A stretch of DNA of 64,000 bases from a virus (Duplodnaviria; Caudoviricetes), in the IMG/VR virus record IMGVR_UViG_3300046804_003398; one strand, 5' to 3'. The notes beneath the pieces are model-generated. The model saw nothing but the letters and a program-made list of their open reading frames with translations, made no database searches and had not been told where the DNA came from. Shown one piece after another: positions 38,930 to 48,162 of this stretch (position 1 is the stretch's first letter; the number at the start of each line of letters is the position of its first letter). The translations under genes were made by a program, and so were the position numbers.

Positions 38930-40819
38930 TTATTGTCCAAGTTTAGATTTTTGTAAATTTAATAGGTCTTCTGCTCCCTTTGTATTGGAAGGAGCCTTTA
39001 TTTTGACCTTTTTGATACGTGGTGCAGACGGTGGTTTTGGTATTTTTGGCTTAGGCATACCTTTTTTGACTAAAGCTAGTTTAGCAGCCGCAGCACCAAG
39101 TGCTCCACCTGCAGCAGCTCCAATCAAAGCACCTTTACCACCTCCAGCCAAAGCACCTATTCCGCCTCCTAAACCAGCTCCTGCGAGTGTTCCACCACCC
39201 ACACCACCCAAAGCTATACCACCACCTAAAGCAGCCCCAGATAGTCCTCCAATCAACGCACCTTGACCTCCACCAGCCAATGCACCAACTCCAGCACCAA
39301 GACCGCCACCAACCAATCCTCCAGTTGCCGCTTTAACCAGTGTGTTTGGAGGAGTTATGACGTTGTTTGGACTCAAAGATCCAACATTACCATTTGATAA
39401 GTTGGTAAGTGCCGCATCAGCATTGGTTATGTTTGTAGGAACTGGATTAGCTGGTAAATCTGGTAGGTTTGGTTTAGGAACATCTGGTATTGCACTCTTT
39501 AGTTTATCTACAGCAGCAATCTTCTCAGTTGAACCAATATTACCCGTAGCTGGATCAACAAACTTAGTGTTACCAGCGATAGTTTCAGGTCTGTATTTAT
39601 CTGGACTCCAATTCTCTCCGAGACCATCTTTGACAAACTTTGGTTTTTCTACAGTTGGAACTTTTGGGGTCTCTACTTTTATCTTACTATCAACGTTCAA
39701 CTTAGATACGACATCAGTTCCAGTTGGAGTCTTGACTTGACTAACTGTAGATGATATTGAATCTGTGGTGGTAGTTACAGAATCTTTGCCTGGTATCTTA
39801 AACTCACTTTGACCGGCACCATTTGGAAGAGCATCCAACTCAGCCGATGTCATTCTGGATCTAGGATCGTCTGATGCAAAACTTGTTCTTACAGTCACAC
39901 CACCACCAGTCACAGTTTCCTTGGATGTAACTGTGTTGGTAGAAGTAACAGTGCTGGTAGTTACAGCATTAGGATCTGATATTGAAGATGTTGGAGTTTC
40001 ATTGGCAGAATCCGACATCATTTTGTCAAGGTCGGCACTGTTCTTGTCCAACATTTTGTCTATGTCATCCTCTTTTTTATCCACCTCGGTCAAAGCCTTT
40101 GATGGGTCCAATTGTTTTGGTGTGGATGACGGCAACTTTATGTTGGGATTATCAACACTAGGTGCTTTATTTATTGTTCCGTAGATGGTTTGAGATGGAG
40201 GACCAACCAAGGCTGGATCTGGGTCTGGAAGGAAACATGCTGGTATTTTATTTTTTGACCACGTTCCATCTTTAGTATTGTCTTGAACCTCTTGATTGAG
40301 AGAATTCAAATCTTCAATATATTGTTTTTCACTAGACTTCGCGGCATCAATCTTTCCTTGCAACAAACTAGTTTCATATCTACGAACATTTTCAGAAACA
40401 TCAAATACATACTCCAATAGTTTTGATGTCTGTAAATCTTTCAAACATGGCCACTTTGAATAGTATACTTTTCTAAAGACTGGACGTTGGTTTATGTTAA
40501 CGATGATGTTTTGTTTATTTGAATTTGGTCCAGCATAACCAACGATTACTGGAGGTAGATTGTCTTTATTTGGAACATCTGGCAAAAGTTTACGGTCATT
40601 CAAATACTTGTATAATTCAGCATATGTTTTTGGACCCGTGTTTTGAATGTTTGCTGTTCCAGTGGATGCGTCGAAGTATGAAAAAGATTGAAGAGGTGCG
40701 GTGGTGTCTTCAAAAGCATACATGATTCTTGCATTACCATCCAAGAAAATACCAGCACTCCAGTTGTTACCAGAGTCGGGTTGTAAGAATCCTAAAATGT
40801 CTACTAGTTTCTCTTCCAT
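38930..40819 (-). CDS. hypothetical protein with glycine-zipper segment and basic Pro/Lys tail
   Basis: GGLVGGGLGAGVGALAGGG-type repeats near the C-terminus; follows the spike-like gene. Confidence 0.75.
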   Translation of the reverse strand: MEEKLVDILGFLQPDSGNNWSAGIFLDGNARIMYAFEDTTAPLQSFSYFDASTGTANIQNTGPKTYAELYKYLNDRKLLPDVPNKDNLPPVIVGYAGPNSNKQNIIVNINQRPVFRKVYYSKWPCLKDLQTSKLLEYVFDVSENVRRYETSLLQGKIDAAKSSEKQYIEDLNSLNQEVQDNTKDGTWSKNKIPACFLPDPDPALVGPPSQTIYGTINKAPSVDNPNIKLPSSTPKQLDPSKALTEVDKKEDDIDKMLDKNSADLDKMMSDSANETPTSSISDPNAVTTSTVTSTNTVTSKETVTGGGVTVRTSFASDDPRSRMTSAELDALPNGAGQSEFKIPGKDSVTTTTDSISSTVSQVKTPTGTDVVSKLNVDSKIKVETPKVPTVEKPKFVKDGLGENWSPDKYRPETIAGNTKFVDPATGNIGSTEKIAAVDKLKSAIPDVPKPNLPDLPANPVPTNITNADAALTNLSNGNVGSLSPNNVITPPNTLVKAATGGLVGGGLGAGVGALAGGGQGALIGGLSGAALGGGIALGGVGGGTLAGAGLGGGIGALAGGGKGALIGAAAGGALGAAAAKLALVKKGMPKPKIPKPPSAPRIKKVKIKAPSNTKGAEDLLNLQKSKLGQ

Positions 40820-40825
40820 AATATC

Positions 40826-42541
40826 TTAATTTGTGAATTCAAACTCAATCTGAACTGGACCTTCTCTACGATTTCTACCCTTAAAGTCTCCTATAGCACC
40901 CTCACCAGTCACAGTATTGATTACTACTGGAGGAGCACATTCTGCACCGCTTCCCACTGGTTTCACACCGTTTGATCCAGGTGCATATCCACCACCAGTC
41001 AAATAAACACGACGACTCAAAGTCTTGTGTAGATTATCACGCAACAATTTTAGTGTTATCTGTTGAACGGGGATTTGTGTTTGGTCGGGATTAGCATCGT
41101 TGGTATTTTCTTGAGTAATCTGACCAGCGTCATCATGACCGTGAGGATGAGGATGAACGTGATGATACCAATGAACGTGATCAAGTAACCAATTACAAAG
41201 ATCATAAAGCCAATCAACAGTAGTTTGTCCGAGTAGTGCAGGTTCGTTTGTTTCTCCATATTGTCCTAAAAAGATCTGTGGAGCGTTTACACAAGCTACT
41301 CTGTTTGTGGTCAAAACAATTTGATCATTTGCATCAACGGTATAATCCGAATCTGTAGCAATGCCATAACGCTTTTTACTAAAATGTAGTGTTTCAGCAA
41401 ATCGACTACTAAGAACAATTCTGTCAGTGTTCAATATTAGTTGATCGCCATTTAATGTTGGAAACTCAAAGTTTGAAGAGCCTGGCGGATTAAACTTAAC
41501 TTGTTCTTCAGTTGGTTTTCTATCGTTTCTGGTAACTCCAAACATGCTTTTATAAACAGTAGTTTTCCAATCACTTATTGGCGATCCACTGTTTATCTCA
41601 ATTGTAGTTCCATCGTTGTTGATATCCTCTTCAATTTGTCCACCATAGTTTTTCTCACGTTCTGTTATGGGTGGAATTGGAGGCAACTTTGGATGTAGTT
41701 GTTGTGGTTTATCCAACGCAATATTTCTCTGACGGTTTCTTAGAATTATGCGAGGATTACCGTAACCACCGGCAACAGATTCTCTGAATAGATTAGAATT
41801 AATTGCATACGATGGATATTTTGATTTATCATTGCTTCTAATGTCGTCATAGGCTGTGAATCTTATTGATTGTCCGAATCTACTTTCAACAACAGTATCA
41901 CCCTCAAACTTTCTTACACTACGAATAAATGGGTTCAATATAAAATAGTCACCCAAATATCCCACCTTCGTTATTGCTTTGAAGAATGGGTGTGAAATAT
42001 AACTCTTTCTGAGAGTATCAGCATTTGCTGGAGTAGCACTGGTATTATCATTACTCAAACCAGACTCAGTAACAAAGTCTACATTTGTTCCTACAAAATT
42101 GAAACGATTAAAAGGCTTTGTGTAGTAGAAATTACCACCAACTTTTATGACCATAACTTGTTCGTTCAATAACGGAAACTGTGTTATGGTATTATCCAAT
42201 GGTATAGCCCATGGTAATTTTTCAATTGGTGTTTTCTTTTCCAATTCTAAAATTCTTACCTTAGCACGACCAATAAAACTATAGTCCACATCATTACTGT
42301 TTGGAACATCATTCTTATAGTTTACAGGTATCTGTTGTGGATTTATCGTGATTGCTGGTCTTGAACTTGGATCGTCTGGACTCTTACTAAAGAATGGATG
42401 TTGGTCGTTAAGAATAACATCGACCACCACAGCCAATTGAAAATTTGGATTGTCGCCAATTCTATTTGAAGGGTCTATGTTTCTACCAGACGGATTCTGA
42501 TTGGTCACGTATCTGGAAATATCTGTTGATGAGTCTGCCAT
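40826..42541 (-). CDS. baseplate hub/spike protein (gp5/gpV-like)
   Basis: N-terminal OB-fold-like segment (IGRAKVRI...WAIPL...FPLLNEQV), GDTVVESRFGQSIRF, beta-helix-like LNGDQLILNTDRIV, His-rich tip. Confidence 0.7.
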   Translation of the reverse strand: MADSSTDISRYVTNQNPSGRNIDPSNRIGDNPNFQLAVVVDVILNDQHPFFSKSPDDPSSRPAITINPQQIPVNYKNDVPNSNDVDYSFIGRAKVRILELEKKTPIEKLPWAIPLDNTITQFPLLNEQVMVIKVGGNFYYTKPFNRFNFVGTNVDFVTESGLSNDNTSATPANADTLRKSYISHPFFKAITKVGYLGDYFILNPFIRSVRKFEGDTVVESRFGQSIRFTAYDDIRSNDKSKYPSYAINSNLFRESVAGGYGNPRIILRNRQRNIALDKPQQLHPKLPPIPPITEREKNYGGQIEEDINNDGTTIEINSGSPISDWKTTVYKSMFGVTRNDRKPTEEQVKFNPPGSSNFEFPTLNGDQLILNTDRIVLSSRFAETLHFSKKRYGIATDSDYTVDANDQIVLTTNRVACVNAPQIFLGQYGETNEPALLGQTTVDWLYDLCNWLLDHVHWYHHVHPHPHGHDDAGQITQENTNDANPDQTQIPVQQITLKLLRDNLHKTLSRRVYLTGGGYAPGSNGVKPVGSGAECAPPVVINTVTGEGAIGDFKGRNRREGPVQIEFEFTN

Positions 42542-42543
42542 AA

Positions 42544-42900
42544 TTAATCTTGTTTTGTGACCTTGGCAATTGACACCACATCCTCCATCAACTGTCTTCT
42601 TTCATCGTCGGATAGTATCATTGAATTTCCTTCACCACTAGCTTCACCTTTAGCAACCAACTTCTGAACGATAGAAGCCAATTTAACCAATTGTTCATCG
42701 TTCTTGACTCCAACGTCATAATAGTCTTTGATTAGAGGAACGATAATAACCGCATCATTTACAGTCTTAATCAAAGAACGTAGTTCAGAAATAAGAATGT
42801 CAATTTGATCCTTCTTACTTTCTGAGTTTTTCACTATGTCCTTACATAGACCAGAGAAGTTCTTTCCCTTGTATATCTCAAAGTTAGTATCCATACTCAA
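42544..42900 (-). CDS. hypothetical helical protein
   Basis: 118-aa ORF with late motif at 42900-42907. Confidence 0.75.
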   Translation of the reverse strand: MSMDTNFEIYKGKNFSGLCKDIVKNSESKKDQIDILISELRSLIKTVNDAVIIVPLIKDYYDVGVKNDEQLVKLASIVQKLVAKGEASGEGNSMILSDDERRQLMEDVVSIAKVTKQD

Positions 42901-42907
42901 TAAATAG

Positions 42908-42943
42908 AAAAAACCAATCGTTTTGTCGATTGGTTTTGTTTTT
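42908..42943. terminator. intrinsic terminator (bidirectional appearance)
   Basis: AAAACCAATCG-TTTTGT-CGATTGGTTTT hairpin flanked by A and T runs. Confidence 0.85.
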
Positions 42944-42963
42944 ATACTATTTATTCTATCGAA

Positions 42964-43965
42964 TCAGACTGTTCCACGATTCATATAATTCTTCATGACC
43001 GCAGTTTGATAACTCTTCATCTTATTCAATACCTTGGTAATTTGTTGAGTCTTACAATTGCTAATTTCACGAATATACAAATACAATGTCTTCTTGTTGA
43101 AACTTTCAATTCGATCACAGTTACGGAACAATTCAATCACCGCATAAGCAATGTTTAGATCCTTAGATTTACTAAAGATCTTGGTAATGTTCTTTTCCCA
43201 GTAATCAATCAACAAGTGCATCAACTCTTGAGTCTGAACATCTTTATGATGAGCATCCTCTGTTTGTAGACACACAGTATCTTCTGACGGAGTTTCACTG
43301 ATATCAACGTGTTGGTTAAAACGCTTGTAGTTGTTATTGTTGTGGAAAATCAAATAGTTCTTAGCAACAATACTGAAATAACTGAATGCTTTTCCTTTAC
43401 CAGCTTGGAACTTATGTATGTTGGCTACAAGATGTGCGACCGTTTCTTTTTGAACCTCAAGTGGACCATTGTCAAAATAAGTAAACTTGAATGTATTATA
43501 AATGTTTTCTACCAACTTTTCAAAACTAAACTTGATACGTTCATTATAGATGGTATTTCTAATATCAAAGTTTTCCTCTGCGTTATACTCAATAATGGCT
43601 TCTTCTGTAGCCTTGCTAAAATAGATCTTCTCTTTCTTGTTTCTACCACGGCGTCTGACCTTCTTTGGTTCATCATCAAGTGTGACAGTATCATCGTCTA
43701 CATCAATATCGGTCTCGGCCTTTGGGATAATATCAACATCACTGTCTCGTTTTACTTCAATCTCTATACGAGACTCTATGGGTTTATCATCCGATTTGAT
43801 TTTGGTCTTTTTCTTGGCAACAGACTTTGGCTTCTTGATTTTTACATCATAAATAACCTTGAGTTTCTGTTTCTTCGTTTTTTTGGAAAGAACAGAATTG
43901 CTTTTCTTCTTAGAAGATAAGGTTTTACTTTTTGTTTTGTTCTTCATTACTGAGATTGTCGTCAT
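42964..43965 (-). CDS. late-transcription sigma factor (T4 gp55-like) with basic N-terminal extension
   Basis: Region-2-like HKFQAGKGKAFSYFSIVAKNYLI; IYFSKATEEAIIEYN start of the folded domain; no clear region 4. Confidence 0.65.
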   Translation of the reverse strand: MTTISVMKNKTKSKTLSSKKKSNSVLSKKTKKQKLKVIYDVKIKKPKSVAKKKTKIKSDDKPIESRIEIEVKRDSDVDIIPKAETDIDVDDDTVTLDDEPKKVRRRGRNKKEKIYFSKATEEAIIEYNAEENFDIRNTIYNERIKFSFEKLVENIYNTFKFTYFDNGPLEVQKETVAHLVANIHKFQAGKGKAFSYFSIVAKNYLIFHNNNNYKRFNQHVDISETPSEDTVCLQTEDAHHKDVQTQELMHLLIDYWEKNITKIFSKSKDLNIAYAVIELFRNCDRIESFNKKTLYLYIREISNCKTQQITKVLNKMKSYQTAVMKNYMNRGTV

Positions 43966-44269
43966 TATCTGTTATCCTTTTATTACATTCTTCGACAATA
44001 GTTACCATTTCTTGGAAAAGAAAGCCAACATCGTCGTCTTTTTCAAAGATACCACGCTCATCAACACTTTTCAACTTTTTGTATACATTAGAGACAAGTT
44101 TTCTAAAATCAACGACCCATTGGCCAAGTTCTGTATTCAGCTTTTCAATGGTATCCAACTCAGATTCTAATACATCAATTCGTTCCAATGCCTTTTTGAG
44201 AGAAATGTAAAAAAAGACGGCAACGCCGATGGACAATATAAGGAGTGTAACTAATATAGTTGTGATCAT
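43925..44269 (-). CDS. membrane-anchored coiled-coil protein
   Basis: N-terminal hydrophobic helix followed by heptad pattern. Confidence 0.75.
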   Translation of the reverse strand: MITTILVTLLILSIGVAVFFYISLKKALERIDVLESELDTIEKLNTELGQWVVDFRKLVSNVYKKLKSVDERGIFEKDDDVGFLFQEMVTIVEECNKRITDNDDNLSNEEQNKK

Positions 44270-44403
44270 AGTTCGTCGGTATCATCATCGAAATCTACAA
44301 ACTCATTAATAAAGTCAATTGCTTCTTCTACAGCAGACCAATCATTATTTTCGTTTGCATCAAGAAGAATTCGACGCAGTTCTAAAAGCTCTTCGTTATT
44401 CAT
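44266..44403 (-). CDS. small acidic protein, 45 aa (MNNEELLELRRILLDANENNDWSAVEEAIDFINEFVDFDDDTDEL), not in the ORF track
   Basis: Translated by hand; its TGA overlaps the next ATG (ATGA coupling). Confidence 0.7.
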   Translation of the reverse strand: MNNEELLELRRILLDANENNDWSAVEEAIDFINEFVDFDDDTDEL

Positions 44404-44450
44404 AGTTAACAGTAATATATAGTTAGACGTATGAAAAACGAATTTTTATT

Positions 44451-45578
44451 TTAGAAGCTGAACATTCTTCTCAATCCACCAACATTTACTTTCTTCACTT
44501 TTTCCACAATTGTTTCAACAGGCTTTTCAACTTCTTTGATTACTTCAGTTGGTTTTTCCACAATTTTTTCAACCTCAACTTGTTTTTCAACCTCTTTAAT
44601 AACTTCCACTGGTTTTTCAACCTCAACAATTTTCTCAACAATTGTTTCAACAGGCTTTTCAACCTCAACAATTTTTTCAATCACTGTTGGCTTGACTTCT
44701 TGAACTGGTTCTTGAACTGGTTCTGGTTGGTCATACACTGATTTTTTCTTTTCTTCCTTATCTTTCTTCTTGTAAAGTTCGTATTCCTTGTCAGACTCTA
44801 CTTCACGATAATTCTCAGACATGTTGTATGCCAACAATAAAACCACAGCAAGAGGATCAAATACAGTAATCAATACTATGATAAACCACTTCACAACGGT
44901 GTTAATATCAGAATTAAACTCCTTTGCAACAAACTTGAATGTAGTAATATCCTTCTTCTGACTATTGTCAATCTTCAACTTAAAAATTTCATCATCAATC
45001 TTAGTAGATTTTGCGGCAGCAGTCTTCAACTTTTCATTCTCATTTTCAATCTGCTTATTCAATCCCTCAATTTGTTCGTTGATTTGGTTTTGAAGCATTT
45101 GTAGTTGAACTGGGTTTCTAGCAATAAGAGCATTGGTCATACTTTCACCCAATCTTGACTCTTGACTACTTCTTAGTGCCAACAATTTGTCAATGGTTGA
45201 TCTTACGTTGTCTAACTTTTTGGTCTCCTCTAATTTTTGAGCTTCCAAAGTTGTAATTTTTGTGTTTGCCAATTCGGTCTCCAACGAAGACTTTTGATAA
45301 GCAGCGGTCAAATATCCAAAGATACCCAACGAAGTAATACACATCAATACCACAACGGCAATAACCATATAAACCTTCATCAACTTGTTGGCAATATTCC
45401 AATATCTAAATAACCATGATGTAGTTACAAGCTTACCTAACTCCAATGAACTAGCCATGATCATAGCAGCAACAACTGCACCAGAAAATAATAGTCCGAT
45501 ACCATACACACTGAAGAACGCAGCACAACCTGCGATCAACATGGATGTGAACATTACTAGATGTTTAAATTTTATCAT
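44451..45578 (-). CDS. multi-TM coiled-coil membrane protein with VEK-rich C-terminal repeats
   Basis: Three N-terminal and one late hydrophobic helix; start moved to 45578 (MIKFKH) because the ATATTTAT motif lies at 45583-45590 and a terminator at 45601-45628. Confidence 0.75.
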   Translation of the reverse strand: MIKFKHLVMFTSMLIAGCAAFFSVYGIGLLFSGAVVAAMIMASSLELGKLVTTSWLFRYWNIANKLMKVYMVIAVVVLMCITSLGIFGYLTAAYQKSSLETELANTKITTLEAQKLEETKKLDNVRSTIDKLLALRSSQESRLGESMTNALIARNPVQLQMLQNQINEQIEGLNKQIENENEKLKTAAAKSTKIDDEIFKLKIDNSQKKDITTFKFVAKEFNSDINTVVKWFIIVLITVFDPLAVVLLLAYNMSENYREVESDKEYELYKKKDKEEKKKSVYDQPEPVQEPVQEVKPTVIEKIVEVEKPVETIVEKIVEVEKPVEVIKEVEKQVEVEKIVEKPTEVIKEVEKPVETIVEKVKKVNVGGLRRMFSF

Positions 45579-45600
45579 ATATATAAATATCAATACAAAT

Positions 45601-45628
45601 AAAAAACCCTCCACTTTAAATGGAGGGC
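45601..45628 (-). terminator. intrinsic terminator after hsp20
   Basis: CCCTCCA-TTTAAAG-TGGAGGG followed by TTTTTT. Confidence 0.88.
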
Positions 45629-45653
45629 GGAACATAACCAATTTACTGTATAA

Positions 45654-46136
45654 TTATGTGATTTTGACCTTTTTACTGGTAGGAGGTGTAGGTTTAACCT
45701 TCTTTACAGTGACCGTCAACAATCCATTTTCAAACTTAGCAGACGGTGTGTCTTTATCAAACACATCACTCAACACAAAAGCACGCTTGAAACTACTGTG
45801 CTTCAATTCTTTACGAATGTAGGTGCGTTTGGTGTCACTGTCATCAATAGTCTTAGTCTTCTGACCACTGATAATCAACAGATTCTCCTCAATTTCAACA
45901 CCAACCTCGTCACGATCAAGACCAGGAATCTCAGCTACAACCTCAATTCGGTCTGAATAATCAATTACGTCTACACGGGGATAACTTTGCTTTTCGAAGA
46001 AACCCACACCAAAATCCTTTGTAAGTTCTGGGAAGGTATTTGCAAAAACCTCATCGAACAACTTGTCGAATGGGGTTACGAAATCGTCCTTAGAAGTAGG
46101 ACGCAATGCAGGCACTTTATATCTAACAATACTCAT
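45654..46136 (-). CDS. hsp20: small heat shock protein (Hsp20/alpha-crystallin)
   Basis: YPRVDVID, AEIPGLDRDEV, FKRAFVL and AKFENGLLTV motifs; SD AAAGGA upstream. Confidence 0.95.
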   Translation of the reverse strand: MSIVRYKVPALRPTSKDDFVTPFDKLFDEVFANTFPELTKDFGVGFFEKQSYPRVDVIDYSDRIEVVAEIPGLDRDEVGVEIEENLLIISGQKTKTIDDSDTKRTYIRKELKHSSFKRAFVLSDVFDKDTPSAKFENGLLTVTVKKVKPTPPTSKKVKIT

Positions 46137-46254
46137 ATATTTCCTTTCTTTGTTATAATAATTCTATTGAACTTATTATCATAGCAACCTCACTCGAGCG
46201 TTGCCGTGACGGTAATTTACCATCAAGAATATATATTTGTCAAGATACGAAAAA

Positions 46255-48159
46255 TCAATTTTTTACGATAGGAACCTTGAGTGGGAAATTGTGACCTATG
46301 ACATTAGTTCCCATGACAAATCTCTGGTTTTCACAATTCAAGTGCATGTATTCTTCTTCTCCAAACAACAAGATATTGTCATCTACAGTCAATACTTCAC
46401 CCTCGGTGCCTTCAAGTTTGTCACCCTTCTTAACTTCAGTCACAACCTTCCATACATCGTTACCAACATACCATTGATGACTGTCGTCTACATCAAAATC
46501 ATTACCATTGATCGTGGTTCTGTAGATTGGTGCCTTGGCGATGTAAGCTACTGTGACCTTGTTCCACAAACCATCTTGTATGTCACGTAGATGCATACCA
46601 ACTTGGATTTCTCTAGCAGGTATAAATCCACGTTCAAGAGTTTCCATCAATTGCCAAGCAGCTGGACATCCACCAGCGCCACCACTTGGAGGAGGAGCAG
46701 CTACATAACATACTGATTTGTCCAAAGTAGCTGTAATTTCGCCTCGTTTGAGTGTAGCACTTGGAGTAGTTGCAAATGATGCGGTAAATGATGCCTTTGC
46801 TGAAAAACTTGAACTTTGATATGATTGATTGTAATATGGTAAACCAAATCCATATTGAACAATTTGTGTCGCACCAGGTGCTAAAGTAAACGTAGATGGA
46901 CTGAATGTTGGCAACAATTGTGCAATACCAGCTGGTGCGGCATACAAAGATTGATTGTTTGCCAAATTTATCCAATCAGCATTTAGTGTGTATGTAGCGT
47001 TATAAGCATTTGTAGAAGGATTTGTGAAAATCGCACTACCACTGAACCTCACTTGTGATGGGGTAGTCGGATTGTTTGTTACTTGTGCTGGTGTGCCACA
47101 TCTTTGAGTAACTGATGTATTTGAAATAGTAATTGATGGAGCTGATCCACAAGAAGACGCACTTGGATCTGAAATAGTAGAAATCGCAAGACTAGCATTT
47201 CCAGTGGTTGTCGTAGCATCAGAAATAGCATATGAATATGGTAGTGTTCCCGTTCCTCCAGAAGCAGAAACATATCCGGCAAAATATCTTCCTCCATTTA
47301 CAACATTTGCTATGAATCCTTCTACTGTAAAAGTTCTGGTGCCACCAGATGGCCACGATGTAGATATTATTCTTGAAAATCCACTGAGTGTATATGTCTC
47401 AGGAGTGTTGATCAATGTTGATAAAAAATTACATACAAAATTCAAATCTTGACGTTGAAGACTTGATATAGCACTACTAGCATTGATTGATGCTTTGGTC
47501 GAATCAATTGCTGTTTGAAAGTTTGTTGTATTGTTGGATTGAAACAATGTTGTTGGACTTGTTGTAGATGTTGATGCACAAGTTCCAGTGAATATACTAG
47601 ATGTAAATGCGTTAGAAACTACATCTTTCAATACAATTTTATAGATGTTGTTACTGGTGAGATTTGTAATATATTCATCCGAATCATTTGGTCTTACATA
47701 TGAATATTGTAGTCTAAAATCTGACCCTGGAGAAGCTGTTGGTTTTGAATAAACAGCATATCTGTATACTCTACTAGACGTTTCTCTAGTTAAGAAATTT
47801 GCGTTTGGCACCACACTATCTGGATAAAAATTTGTATACCAAACTCCTTGATTAACGCCATATTGTTTTATAGAAGCACTTAAAAAATTGCCCCCATAAA
47901 ACTCACTCATTCTAGCATCGGCCAAATCATTGAGGGTTACCAATCCTATACCAATTCCCAAAGCATTTTGAGTGTCTGTTACTGGATCACCCGTGTTTCT
48001 CATCAACAAACCCAGCGACGAAGACAAAGAAATATTTTGAGTCGGAGGTGTTCCAACAACATTGTCTATCAAATTGTTAATAGAACCATATGGTGTTCCC
48101 GTTGTGAGTTGGGAAAATGCAATTGGACCTGATCTATTTAGTCTTGTTATAGCAGACAT
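46255..48159 (-). CDS. Ser/Thr-rich virion-type protein with C-terminal Hint (intein-like) domain
   Basis: After a PPPSGGAGG linker: C-PAAWQLMET...EIQVGM...DDSHQW...VKKGD...VIGHN, 127 aa from Cys to Asn (46668-46288). Confidence 0.8.
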   Translation of the reverse strand: MSAITRLNRSGPIAFSQLTTGTPYGSINNLIDNVVGTPPTQNISLSSSLGLLMRNTGDPVTDTQNALGIGIGLVTLNDLADARMSEFYGGNFLSASIKQYGVNQGVWYTNFYPDSVVPNANFLTRETSSRVYRYAVYSKPTASPGSDFRLQYSYVRPNDSDEYITNLTSNNIYKIVLKDVVSNAFTSSIFTGTCASTSTTSPTTLFQSNNTTNFQTAIDSTKASINASSAISSLQRQDLNFVCNFLSTLINTPETYTLSGFSRIISTSWPSGGTRTFTVEGFIANVVNGGRYFAGYVSASGGTGTLPYSYAISDATTTTGNASLAISTISDPSASSCGSAPSITISNTSVTQRCGTPAQVTNNPTTPSQVRFSGSAIFTNPSTNAYNATYTLNADWINLANNQSLYAAPAGIAQLLPTFSPSTFTLAPGATQIVQYGFGLPYYNQSYQSSSFSAKASFTASFATTPSATLKRGEITATLDKSVCYVAAPPPSGGAGGCPAAWQLMETLERGFIPAREIQVGMHLRDIQDGLWNKVTVAYIAKAPIYRTTINGNDFDVDDSHQWYVGNDVWKVVTEVKKGDKLEGTEGEVLTVDDNILLFGEEEYMHLNCENQRFVMGTNVIGHNFPLKVPIVKN

Positions 48160-48162
48160 AAA

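Noticed and set aside
46180-46210. Possible CIRCE (HrcA operator) upstream of hsp20
   Set aside because: The inverted repeat does not match TTAGCACTC-N9-GAGTGCTAA in sequence or spacing.
46288-46668. Canonical protein-splicing intein
   Set aside because: Residue after the terminal Asn is Phe, only 10 aa follow, and there is no homing endonuclease; treated as a BIL/Hint domain.
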